A stretch of DNA of 64,000 nt from an uncultured Nitrososphaerales archaeon. GTDB lineage: Archaea > Thermoproteota > Nitrososphaeria > Nitrososphaerales > Nitrososphaeraceae. This document shows positions 44,964 to 55,431 of the stretch, in pieces (the first letter of the stretch is position 1; every line of letters starts with the position of its first letter). The notes under the pieces were generated by a model. The model was not told the DNA's origin, did no database searches, and saw only the letters and a program-made list of their open reading frames with translations. The translations under genes and the position numbers were made by a program. The stretch spans positions 1 through 64,000 of the forward strand of contig CAVQMO010000014.1 in assembly GCA_963713605.1 (NCBI GenBank). Direction: 5' to 3'.

Positions 44964-45710
44964 TTGACGCACAATCTCATCGTTAGAGGTTTCGACGATC
45001 AAATTCATGAGAAATTAGGAGAAATAGCAAATCAAAGAGGAGTTTCTATAAATTCAATAGTGAAAGACGCTGTCGATATCTGGCTAAAGAAACAACAATC
45101 AGAAGTACCTAGAAAGCATCATCTAGTGATCTATTCAGATGATGAATCCATGATGCGGCTACTAAAATCTATGGATAAACTAGCAAAAGAAGGTAACTTA
45201 TTTAGATGTTTCTTTGGACCGCCGCGAAATCCATCTAGCGAACTTTTGTCTAAACTTAAATGGTATGACGGTACAGTAAAACCTTATCCTTATTCTTTTG
45301 CAATACAGTCTAAGGATGAACAGCACGGGCTATCATTACAACAACAAACACAAGTTCAGGCTCAAATTCAAGTCCAAAGTCAAAAAAACATCATTAAATA
45401 TTGTGGTAGAGTAGTAGAGAATGTTATAAGGAATGCAAATAACAAGCAGGTATGCTGTATGGATTTTGTAATTAATGATGTAGGAAAAGATTCACTGAAA
45501 CACGCACTGATTGTAGAAAAAGCATACGATGACAACAGAATAGCGGGGCTGATGTATTGTACATATAAAACAGATAACTTACTGAATTCAGAAATAAAAG
45601 ATCTGATCGAGTTATTCGAAATGCATGATCAAATCTTCATATTAAAAGAAGACGAAGTATACAAACTCCATATAACAAAGGAAAATGTTCACAAGTTATT
45701 TTTGAGCTAG
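44964..45710 (+). CDS. Ribbon-helix-helix regulator fused to a MEDS-like sensory domain
   Basis: NLIVRGFDDQIHEKL...RGVSINSIVKDAV (RHH); HHLVIYSDDE...E.AY...MYCTY...HDQIFIL (MEDS-like). Confidence 0.75.
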   Translation: MTHNLIVRGFDDQIHEKLGEIANQRGVSINSIVKDAVDIWLKKQQSEVPRKHHLVIYSDDESMMRLLKSMDKLAKEGNLFRCFFGPPRNPSSELLSKLKWYDGTVKPYPYSFAIQSKDEQHGLSLQQQTQVQAQIQVQSQKNIIKYCGRVVENVIRNANNKQVCCMDFVINDVGKDSLKHALIVEKAYDDNRIAGLMYCTYKTDNLLNSEIKDLIELFEMHDQIFILKEDEVYKLHITKENVHKLFLS

Positions 45711-45740
45711 GCCTAAAGATCTATCTACTTTAACGGTCAT

Positions 45741-46283
45741 TTATTTAGGTAGATCCCTTATCTGTTGCTCTATATTTCCTCCAGCCTCAAGTTGTACTGA
45801 CTTGGGAAATCCTTCCAAATTATACCTTGTAATTACTGTCAATTCACAATCCATCTTGCCTGTATCAATCATTGTAAGACAAACCTTTAACTCATCCCCA
45901 TCATGTAATAAGCTAGAATTTATATTGATAGGAACTGTCAATGCAACTGGATTACTTTCGCTAGCAAAATCCTGTTGAGCTTTAGAGAACAAGTCAATTG
46001 TTGTATTACTTGTTAATGATTCCCCTTCTGCACCAGCGATCGATATTGTGGAATTTCTAGTTTCACTGTTAACCCCTAGCACGTCGATGTTAAGTGTAAA
46101 ATTACCTATCATGGTTTCTGATAGAATTTGTTGCTGATGTTCTTGTGCATTCGCTAAACCCCCTGTACTAATAATCAATCCTGTAAATGTAAAAAGTATC
46201 GTAATACATAGTATAATTTGTTCATATCTTAATTTGCCAATATCGGTGCTTAACATACTTGTACTTATCTTACCCGTTGACAC
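45741..46283 (-). CDS. Secreted hypothetical protein
   Basis: Signal-like segment ending ANA; GDELKVC...C pair. Confidence 0.65.
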   Translation of the reverse strand: MSTGKISTSMLSTDIGKLRYEQIILCITILFTFTGLIISTGGLANAQEHQQQILSETMIGNFTLNIDVLGVNSETRNSTISIAGAEGESLTSNTTIDLFSKAQQDFASESNPVALTVPININSSLLHDGDELKVCLTMIDTGKMDCELTVITRYNLEGFPKSVQLEAGGNIEQQIRDLPK

Positions 46284-46841
46284 GTTATATTATTTTAAAT
46301 AGACCATGTATGTATGTTTCTTTGTATTTAATTCGTTATCCTTCTTACCTATTTTTTAAATTCTGAATTCGCCGGAATTTGACACGTCTTATCTCAAACT
46401 TGAATATTGGAAGCTTTTATCTATGGGCAAAAAATAATGCTTTTTTGATATTACTTGTGCAGATCCAATTCAAATAAAGGGCGCTTTTCATTTCTTTCCT
46501 GGGTAGATGGCTACATTATTCTTCTCTTCAAATTAGTTAGTGTTACCAATGCGATAACCTATCTAATTGACTCTATATTTAACCAACCAACCAACTATGT
46601 TGCCATTATACCGAGACGAGACCCAGTAGAAAAACTACTCTAATAGCAAGAATAAGAAAAGCGAAAATAATTATGTTTGCTTATTTTTATATTTCTAATA
46701 TGACAAAATAAATAAATGTTACAAGATAGCGCCATTTTTTGAAAAATGTGTAAAAGTGATCTTATTTATAGTATAATCATCGGTCGCTAACTATGTTCAT
46801 CATTATATAAATAGCAATGATATTAATATCTATTATTATTA

Positions 46842-47259
46842 ATGTATGACAATCGTGATGTACATGAAATTGCTGACTCCAAAGCTCATGAAGAAACCAT
46901 TTCAAATGTTACCAGAAATAACATTTTAACATTGATGGATAATTTCATCGAACAATTATTCCAGATTAGGAGAACTCTGCTCAGAGTTTCGATTTGTGTA
47001 TTAATACTTTATCCAATTGCAATAGGTCTATCTGTAATCTTGTTAAGACATCCTTCTTTTTTCTATATTGGAAATTCAAAATGAATTCGGAACTATCTTA
47101 GGTTTTTTACTTGCAACCATGATTAGCATATCCTCCATATGGCTTATTGCTGGAACAAGACAATACAAAAAAATTGGCTCATGGAGTAGGAGTTATAAAG
47201 AATTCATGTCAGAGAAAGAACAGATGGACAGAAAACTTGCATTCAAGTTTGGATATTGA
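46842..47259 (+). pseudogene. Two-TM hypothetical membrane protein, frameshifted
   Basis: Overlapping ORFs 46842..47084 and 47068..47259, each with one TM. Confidence 0.6.
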
Positions 47260-48021
47260 TAGGAGTAGCTTTCATTTTTTACTAATTTTTGGTGGTACTA
47301 TAGTTTGAATCCTCGGAAATGAAATCAATTCACAATCCTTTAAATTATTGTTTCGGACTATTGAACTATAAAGAGAGGACAAAATATATCTGCTTCATGA
47401 AATGGAAGAGGTAGATAGAGGTAAGCAAAGCCACTTAGAACATTTCACATCCTGCTCGGCGTCGTAGCAACTTTTTCCCCCATTTGCAGATTCTTAGATA
47501 TTGAGTAAATCAGGCTATACGGAATATGTCATGATATTCGCCTTTATTGCAGCAGCTTCTGTTGCACTAATGACAGCGTTTAACAATGGAGAAAAATCAA
47601 ATAAACTTTCGAATTGCGTGGCGCTTCTTAATGTCTCTATAATTAAGTCTAATCAAGATTTTGGTGAGAAGAATGATGTTATATATGCATGTACGAAAAG
47701 GGGAAAGGCTTATCGGGGAAGTGATCTATCAACAAACAAAATAAGCTTAAATGTTTGACAATTCATATTCGCGGATACCATAACAACTAGTGCAAACGTG
47801 GATAATCCTCATCGGAGAAGAAAATAATGTACTTAAGTTATATTAACTTTATCAGTTGCTGTGATTTATATTATCTGCCTTTTGTATGCCATCTTTCTTA
47901 TCTTTATCCATTTTTGAGTGCGAGTATTTACTCTTTCGGTATCCCTGGACAACATCCAGATATTCTTTAAATATTAAAAAATATATCCTGGGATCGACAC
48001 AAGAAGAATAGAATTCATAGA

Positions 48022-48804
48022 ATGAGGTTTAACTATAATACTGTTTTTGGTTTCACTTTTTCTACTCCGTGTTTATTGCTTGCTTTCATTCTACTATTAT
48101 TGTCTGTAATTCCTTCAGTAACAATAATTTCATTTTCGATATCGGTAATGGCATCCGTGGACGATAATCAGGGAGAGAATACTGGAGAAGAGGATGATGA
48201 AGATAACGGCAATAATGATGATACAGATCTTGACGAAATGAATCTATTGCAAATATGTTGTGCGTGGTCAGACAAGATTTCAGATGGGGTACTAGAATAT
48301 AAAATAAGTGATGAAGGAGATGAAGATAGCAAACAATCTGTACGTAATGCAATACAAAACTGGGATCTATTGATTGATAATTTGATTTTTGTAGAAAAAC
48401 AAGATGACAGCGGGGCTGACGTAGAAATAGGATTTTCTGATAGCGATGAAGATGCAAACGACGAGGAATTTGATTATGGAGATCCTATAGCAGCTGGAAA
48501 AACAGAATTTAGATTTGATACCAAAGGATTTATTGATAGTATTGAAGTAACACTTTCTGGGGGCATTTTTGGTAATGGATTTCAGAATTCTGAGTTAGAA
48601 CAAATCGCACAACATGAAATAGGACATGTCCTAGGACTAGGACATGCGAATTTTGATGGCAGCCTTATGTCTGAAAGTACTGATGTTGGGACAGAAAACA
48701 TATCTAGTTGTGAAATCAATGGGGTACTCGCAGCAAATTATTGGAGACTTGTGGCTGTCGGTAACAATCCAGAATATCCAGAGGCAAATTTCGTAGTATG
48801 TTGA
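48022..48804 (+). CDS. Matrixin (peptidase M10-like) zinc metalloprotease, secreted
   Basis: HEIGHVLGLGH plus Met-turn SLM; N-terminal hydrophobic segment. Confidence 0.9.
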   Translation: MRFNYNTVFGFTFSTPCLLLAFILLLLSVIPSVTIISFSISVMASVDDNQGENTGEEDDEDNGNNDDTDLDEMNLLQICCAWSDKISDGVLEYKISDEGDEDSKQSVRNAIQNWDLLIDNLIFVEKQDDSGADVEIGFSDSDEDANDEEFDYGDPIAAGKTEFRFDTKGFIDSIEVTLSGGIFGNGFQNSELEQIAQHEIGHVLGLGHANFDGSLMSESTDVGTENISSCEINGVLAANYWRLVAVGNNPEYPEANFVVC

Positions 48805-49008
48805 TGTTAATGCTGCATACAAGCACAGATGCAGAAGCTGGCATTCATAAATATGTGAGTTTCCTAAATGTATGGCTGTCATTATGTCAGACATAAGAAA
48901 TACTCTAATGGCATAACTGTATAAATAGTATAGTTATTGCATGAGTTTTTATATGTTACCAAACACTTTCTAAAAAGAATCTGTCCATCAAACTTTGAGA
49001 AATAATTA

Positions 49009-49608
49009 TTAACTCATGCCCTTAAAAATGGCTCTTATTGTTTCCTTCCATGCTTGTTTGTTACTAGATTCACTCATGCCGGATATTTTGCTTATAGATA
49101 ACCCATTGAAAAGTGAGACAAGACCAGCAGATATAGCTTTGATATCTACATCCTTGGCAAAAAGATTTTTTTCCACTTGCAAATTTAGATACTCTGTTAC
49201 TATATCAATTATTCTTAATCTGTGTTCATAAAGCATTCTTTTTAGCTTAGGGTTACGTGATGATTCAGCAATTATTTCAAAAAATACTTTATCGAAATCT
49301 TGTCCAGTTTCGTTGTGAAAGTTTTCATAAAACTTTTCTGCATTTGATGCCAATTCTTCTTTCCTACTTGCCATTAATGTAGATAACTGTTCCTTTAATC
49401 TTAGAATATTTGTTTCAGATATAGCATAAAATAATTCTTCTTTACTTCTAAAATAAAGATATAACGTGCCCTTGCTCACCTTAGCAGCCTCCGCTATATC
49501 ATCCATTCTGGTCTTATCATATCCATACTTTGAGAAAGCAATTAATGCTGATTCCACTATTTTACCTTTAACTTCTATTTTATACTGAGCAGACACTTTT
49601 GGACACAA
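49009..49608 (-). CDS. TetR/AcrR family regulator
   Basis: FSKYGYDKTRMDDIAEAAKVSKGTLYLYFRSKEELF. Confidence 0.95.
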   Translation of the reverse strand: MCPKVSAQYKIEVKGKIVESALIAFSKYGYDKTRMDDIAEAAKVSKGTLYLYFRSKEELFYAISETNILRLKEQLSTLMASRKEELASNAEKFYENFHNETGQDFDKVFFEIIAESSRNPKLKRMLYEHRLRIIDIVTEYLNLQVEKNLFAKDVDIKAISAGLVSLFNGLSISKISGMSESSNKQAWKETIRAIFKGMS

Positions 49609-49723
49609 AGTATTTTTACTCTCTCCTCTTCCCTTCTCGTTTCTTATCCTTGCCTTTCATGCTCCAAACAACATTTATGCTGAACAAGTATCCTTTTTAA
49701 GATGCCTTATTTGGCTCGTTTCC

Positions 49724-50905
49724 TCATTTTTCTTGCAGTATGAATTTAGATGGCTGTAATTGTTGCTTTTGAAAGTTAGGAATAGTTATCTTCTTTGAAA
49801 CAAAAAGAGCTCCTAACAATCCCATCAATGCTGCTGGTACTAACGTTATTGATATCATAACAGGTAATGTACTAAGAAAGTTAGATGTTAAGTTAGCTAC
49901 TGCTAGCATTCCTTGTTGATTTGCTATTGGCATATCGAGAGGAATTGCAAAGGCCCATGTAAGCAAAGGGTAATTGAATATATAGAATACTGAACTAACT
50001 AATATCCCAACTATTAATTCTGAGGCTCTGCGTCCTAGCTTTGGTTTTATGACTGGATTATACAAGAGAATATCCGCAATTAGTGCAGGTAAAATAGCTA
50101 TTATAGAATACCATGGTAGAATAGAGCTCAACATACCTTGACTAGGAATAATATTTGCAAAAATATTGATGCCAACCACCAAAGCTGAAGTAATAGTTCC
50201 TGCACCAAACCTTCCAATACTCCTGGATGCTGTAAGGAATATGATAGAGCTGAGCAGGGGTAATGTAACAATTGCAATTAATGAAGCAATGTTAGGATTC
50301 AGATTAAATTGAAAGTTTTCTCCATTCGAAAAAGGAAGAGAGAACATATAAACATACCAAGTAGTTGTGAACCATAATGCCGCAAATGCAGGAACCATTG
50401 CAGCCTTAGTCAATCTTTGTCTAGAAGGTGAAGTTATACGCACAGCTATCCTTTCAAGGCCTAAAACTGCGGCAACTGCGTTTATCAGCATTCCGGTAAT
50501 CAATGCCAAATGTGGTGGACTTAACAGCCCATCAACACCAAAGGTTTCATGCCAAAGAAAGTCAGATGGTCCAGCTGCCAAAGAAATTGTTGATCCTATA
50601 ATAAGAAGCTTCAATGGCGTAGCAAGTGACTTTCCTCGAAGTTCATTATTTCTAATCAATAAAATTACACTTATTCCGGCTCAGACTGTTAGCAAACCTA
50701 TTCCAGCGTAAAGAACCGCATGCGATGGCGTAAAGAAAGTCTCAGGTTCTTCCATGATATGAGAAGTAACATCCCAACTTGTACCGGCTATTTGCAAGAA
50801 TGAGCCAGAAGTAGCTATAATTAGTATAATCATGATTATGGTCATATTGTGTTTCTTAGAAAAAATGCTGTTAAGAACCATGACTTTGTCTCTTGCTGGT
50901 CGCAT
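49724..50905 (-). pseudogene. Multi-pass membrane protein with two DxxxH-x12-H motifs; single in-frame TGA at 50681-50683
   Basis: ORFs 50681..50905 and 49724..50659 are in the same frame; WDVTSHIMEEPETFFTPSH and SDFLWHETFGVDGLLSPPH. Confidence 0.8.
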
Positions 50906-50931
50906 AGACTGTTATATAGAATGCCAGTTAA

Positions 50932-50961
50932 TAAACATAACTGACTGGTCAGTTATGTTTA
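50932..50961. promoter_or_regulatory. Perfect palindromic operator (14-bp arms), TetR-like
   Basis: TAAACATAACTGAC-TG-GTCAGTTATGTTTA between divergent genes. Confidence 0.8.
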
Positions 50962-50994
50962 AATAAAGGAGCTCTGTAAATTCAAATATCATCA

Positions 50995-52038
50995 ATGCAA
51001 AGCAACGGAATGAATGAACAAATAATTTCAGATACTATTACTAATTCAGACTCTTTAGTAACAGAGAATTCTATAATAACAACCAGCAACAATTTCCGAA
51101 ATTTTCGAGTCTTAATAATAGGTCTAGGTCAACTCGGTCTTCCTATAGCAAAATATGTCAAAGAGAAAGGATTTGATACATTTGGGTATGATATTAGTCA
51201 GAAAGCAATACAGCGTGCAGAGAAAATAGCATCAATAAAGAGAGCAGATAGTTTCAGTGATTTTGATGTATATATTGTTTGTGTGTCTACACATAAGCCT
51301 GATGACATTTTCACACCTCAGATAGATGGATTACTATACGTAGTAGAGGAAATTTCAAGGAAAGCCAAGAATGGTGCTATTGTCTCAATAGAGAGTACCA
51401 TTCCTAGAGGAACATCAAAGAGAGTGTTTGAAATGCTTAACCACAGATTACATGTTGTACATGTACCGCATAGATGGTATGCTTTAGAAGAGATGGAACA
51501 TGGAGTTAATCAACTGCGTGTTATAGGAGGAGTCCATGATTGCTGTCTTAGAGCTGCTTTGCAATTCTACGCTGGAGATGGTAGTAGAAGTAGTAGTAAT
51601 AGTAGTAGCAGTGAAAGCGGTAGGAATGATAATAGTAATAATAGCAGTAACAATGACAATGAAAATAGAAATCTGAGTATTCCTTTGCATCCTGTATCAG
51701 ATATAGAAATGGCAGAGATAACTAAGATTGCGGAAAATGCTCATAGATACTTGCAAATAGCATTTGCTGAAGATCTCTACCTGTACTGTAAAACAAATAA
51801 CCTAAGCTTTCCAGAATTGCGTGAAGCCATCAATACAAAATGGAACGTAAACATACTTGAGCCTAGAGATGGAATAGGAGGACATTGTCTACCTAAGGAT
51901 ACCAGGATGTTTCTACAGTCATCTAAATCAATAAAGAGTAAGATATTGACAGCGGCATTAGAAGTAGATCAAGATTACAAAAGACGCAGACAATCTAGAG
52001 ATGAGCTAGAGGTATTGTGTAAGGGCATAGTCAAGTGA
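50995..52038 (+). CDS. Nucleotide-sugar dehydrogenase family protein lacking the C-terminal UDP-binding domain
   Basis: IIGLGQLGLP, SIESTIPRGT, AEITKIAEN.HR..QIAFA, GIGGHCLPKD. Confidence 0.85.
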   Translation: MQSNGMNEQIISDTITNSDSLVTENSIITTSNNFRNFRVLIIGLGQLGLPIAKYVKEKGFDTFGYDISQKAIQRAEKIASIKRADSFSDFDVYIVCVSTHKPDDIFTPQIDGLLYVVEEISRKAKNGAIVSIESTIPRGTSKRVFEMLNHRLHVVHVPHRWYALEEMEHGVNQLRVIGGVHDCCLRAALQFYAGDGSRSSSNSSSSESGRNDNSNNSSNNDNENRNLSIPLHPVSDIEMAEITKIAENAHRYLQIAFAEDLYLYCKTNNLSFPELREAINTKWNVNILEPRDGIGGHCLPKDTRMFLQSSKSIKSKILTAALEVDQDYKRRRQSRDELEVLCKGIVK

Positions 52039-52066
52039 TACAACAACCACAACAACAAAGCATGAG

Positions 52067-52297
52067 GTGCTACTACTGCTGAAACAGCAGCACAAGAAAT
52101 TATTATTACCATGCGATTGCTTGCTAAGATGGAATGATGTAGAAACATCGTTGATAATGTGTAGGAAACATTATAACGATTATGATCATATAGACATGGA
52201 AGAGGATATGAACTATAAAACAGAACAGTTCATAAAGAAAGTAGTTGATCCCTCAGACTCCCAATTTTCTGCTAGATTGTTGAAGGAATTAAGATAG
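52067..52297 (+). CDS. Small hypothetical protein with Cys/His cluster
   Basis: LPCDC...MCRKHY. Confidence 0.45.
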   Translation: MLLLLKQQHKKLLLPCDCLLRWNDVETSLIMCRKHYNDYDHIDMEEDMNYKTEQFIKKVVDPSDSQFSARLLKELR

Positions 52298-52617
52298 ATA
52301 TACTTGGATTCAATTGGTCGTGTTACAATTTGATCATATAACTAACAATGATATGCCGACGTGACGAGACGACGATACAACACTAATTTAATGGCATAAT
52401 GTAAAAGAAGTTGTGCGGGTGACTGTGACTGAAATTAATCCTAGATGAGCAATTAAGCAATATTAAGAGTCGGGATTATGATATGGCTAGTCATTACAGC
52501 TGAAATTGGATTTTTACTAATGAAGAGAATATAGATGAGTACGTCATATTTACTAATCACCATAATTAAAAAGTTGGATGTATATCTTAGTGACTATGTT
52601 GAGTATGATTAGTATAT

Positions 52618-52863
52618 TTAGCCCTTATCTATTGCTCTCATAAAGAAAGCATCTAGCTTCCGTTTATCGATCTGTCTCCTGTGTATCTCGTCAATTTTTT
52701 CGCGTACTGCGACGGTTACAAAATCAGTAGGATTTCTTAGAATCCACTTTCTTCTATGCTTTTTTTGAATGGCGTGAATAATTTTGTCATTGACATTAAC
52801 AGCGGTAAAACCCTCGGCATACACCTGGTATAGGCCCAATCTATTTATCTTTTTTTTATCCAT
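52618..52863 (-). CDS. Small putative RHH-like DNA-binding protein
   Basis: FTAVNVNDKI...RNPTDFVTVAVREKIDE. Confidence 0.55.
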   Translation of the reverse strand: MDKKKINRLGLYQVYAEGFTAVNVNDKIIHAIQKKHRRKWILRNPTDFVTVAVREKIDEIHRRQIDKRKLDAFFMRAIDKG

Positions 52864-53287
52864 GCTCTGAGTTTTTATAGCAGGATGGCACTGACATTTT
52901 TAATTATTTATTTATAGAGTTTTGCGAATAAGATTCCAGTCGAATCAATTGCTCTATGGAAGAATGGACTAAATCACAAACGAAGTCAACATTGTTCATA
53001 AAATTATTGATATTAGGAAATGTGATATGATAAGTTTGATGATGGGTATTTGAATTAAAATAAATCTAATTTCTGGTTGCGATCAGGACGATTATCGAAT
53101 TCGAGGTCAAAACAAAAAATATACATAAAAAAATGCTTGAAACTATACGGTGGGAACGGTTTCAGGTTACTAGTGGCTTAATAAGTTTATTGGAGTATAT
53201 ATATCCCTCAGAAATTGTTTTGCACTTAATTTGCTCACTATATAATGGAAATGTAGCTTTATTTATTATGTTAGCTTATTTTATTTA

Positions 53288-53476
53288 ATGCCTACCAGAA
53301 ATTTCTGTCTATGTGGACATGGCAGAGAATATCATGAACAATGGTACTATCTTTCCTCTAGGCACATAGATATAACTGGACGATGTATGTATTCGCTATA
53401 TAACAGATCATGTCCTTGTAGTAATTTTGTTCCATTAAACAAAGGACGAATTAGTTCGATACTAAAAGAGGCCTAA
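53288..53476 (+). CDS. Small Cys/His-rich zinc-binding protein
   Basis: CLCGHGREYH...GRC...CPCSNF. Confidence 0.65.
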   Translation: MPTRNFCLCGHGREYHEQWYYLSSRHIDITGRCMYSLYNRSCPCSNFVPLNKGRISSILKEA

Positions 53477-53514
53477 GGATTCTTTTATTAGGACATAATT
53501 TATATACTGACCTA

Positions 53515-53710
53515 ATGAAATCTGGAGCAATCATTACATCAAAGCCTAACTTGGGCATAATAGATGATTATATCATTGCCTTACGGACTGAAATTAACCT
53601 TACAAAGGCATATAAAGAATTTAAACATATAGGCGCTTAAAAAATTATCACGATTCCTGAAGGATAAACTTTTACCAAGATAACAATAGAGGAAATCGTT
53701 GCATATTTAG
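53515..53710 (+). pseudogene. Relic of an integrase N-terminal (core-binding) domain
   Basis: IDDYIIALRTEINLTKAYKE / ALKKLSRF / ITIEEIVAYL across frameshifts. Confidence 0.5.
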
Positions 53711-54289
53711 TATTTGAAACAAAAGCAATAAAATTGAATCAATCTTCAAAAGTAGTAGGGAAATCACCGGTTAAATGACCAGTAGGGAGGTACAGTGTCG
53801 TTATTCTCTTCGAACTCATCCTCGACCTCTTCAAATTCATCGTCAATGTCTACTTAAACATCTTCTTCAAAACCATCGTTCTCCAGCACTTCCCTATTAC
53901 GATTATACCTCGTTCATGTCATAGTAATAACTGCCTAGTTTGACTTATAGTCTACCATCCAGATGGCTCAATTGTCATAATATCCTCAGGGTCACACAAC
54001 CAAATTTTCCTCTGTTTATGTGATCAGAAGATTCCCTAATGAGTTATGGATTACTTTCCGGGTTCTTCCATATTTGTGACACTACTGACAAAGACAAGAC
54101 GTATCCCTCATTTTGATGAAAGTGTTAGGTGTTATAGAATCAAAAAATTTGCGCGTTATCTGAACATGATCTTTCCCCAGCGGCAACGAACTAATCAACT
54201 TTCCCGCGTCTATTTTGTTCCTTACGATTGTAATATATCTCTGATCCTTAAGTCAAATAGGGGTAACTTTCCAAAGTAGTTTATAATAG

Positions 54290-54571
54290 ATGATCAATCC
54301 CTTAAAACCGTTATTATTTTCCATTAGATCGCCCTCATTATCTAGAGGGGCCTCAATCTTTTTCCTCATTTTACTCTCTGGATTTTTTGCCATCGCGTTT
54401 GGTGGGCTTGACCATATCTATGTACAAGGGTCTGTAGATTGCGATCGTCAAACATTTTCACTAGTAGATTGTCCAGAGTCATCTTCAGTAGAGGAAGGAC
54501 CTAATAATAACGATGATGACAACGGACAAAACATTGAACTACAAATTCCTTTTGTAATTCCATTTCCGTAG
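54290..54571 (+). CDS. Small secreted hypothetical protein
   Basis: TM segment, acidic tail ending IPFVIPFP. Confidence 0.55.
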   Translation: MINPLKPLLFSIRSPSLSRGASIFFLILLSGFFAIAFGGLDHIYVQGSVDCDRQTFSLVDCPESSSVEEGPNNNDDDNGQNIELQIPFVIPFP

Positions 54572-54669
54572 TTCTAATATTGTAACAGAAGAATCGTGAT
54601 GTTCTCCTGAATAATTTTTGCGCGCAAAAAATTAGATTACTTGACTACCAAGCCTAGTATATTAATACA

Positions 54670-54939
54670 CTAGACTTGTGTTCTAACCAACAATTCATCC
54701 ATCTTATTGTATGTCTGCATTGCCTGCATTCCTTTCGGAGTAGTTTTGAACGCCCTTTCTTCTACTATATACTCGATAAGATCACACTCAAGCAGATAAA
54801 CCAAGTACTCTTTTAGTAGGTTGTATGAAAGATATGTTTTGAATTGGATCTCCGTTTTGCCTACCTTGTTACCGTTGGTCACTTCAAGAATAGATGAAAT
54901 TATTTCAGATCTTGATCTATGTTTAAGTTGTCTTGGCAT
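54670..54939 (-). CDS. Archaeal winged-helix transcription regulator (COG3432-like)
   Basis: RSRSEIISSILE, KTEI.FKTYLSY..LKEYL..L, FKTTPKG. Confidence 0.88.
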   Translation of the reverse strand: MPRQLKHRSRSEIISSILEVTNGNKVGKTEIQFKTYLSYNLLKEYLVYLLECDLIEYIVEERAFKTTPKGMQAMQTYNKMDELLVRTQV

Positions 54940-55112
54940 TGCTTATACTATTTTAGTGAAGATATCTATATATATTTATGACTAACCTAAATACTAGAAG
55001 AATATTGTACAACCAATCTCTGTAGCCAGTGGGCGCGCACCAGGCTTTGATGATATCCTAACTTGCGAATCTCCTACTACACAGAAAGACCAGTCATAAT
55101 TGACAAATTAGG

Positions 55113-55262
55113 ATGAGAGTAAGAGCAATGATTCCAACTATTGCAGGCAATAAGATTGTCAAAGACCCTAATTTCTTGAAGAATCTCGAAGACTACATTC
55201 AAACGGTACTTGGACTATGGTCTTTGTTTTGGATTTGCCAAGTCCAGACATGATACCTGCCA
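55113..55262 (+). pseudogene. Decayed paralog of 36662..36976
   Basis: RAMIPTIAGNKIVKDPNFLKNLEDYI...MVFVLDLPSPDMIPA vs RAKIPTEAGNKMVQDPNFLRKLEEYI...AFIVDIQSADQIPV. Confidence 0.75.
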
Positions 55263-55431
55263 GGTAAACAGGTTGCATTGCTTTCTGAAGATGTAAATAA
55301 GGAATTCAAGGATGCAAATGTGGTATGGATCCGTGATTATGCATAGGTAGTGGCGCGCGAATTTTGCCTTTGTCTTTTGAGTATAAATTTACCGGGCGAT
55401 ATCAACTGACTAACCTGTGAAGATCCAGGCA

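Noticed and set aside
50681..50683. Selenocysteine or programmed readthrough at in-frame TGA (also 27428-27430)
   Set aside because: Positions are not catalytic Cys sites, no SECIS was recognised, and lesions are common throughout the window
49724..50905. Canonical amoC
   Set aside because: Length, duplication and overall sequence do not match archaeal AmoC; only the motif spacing is shared
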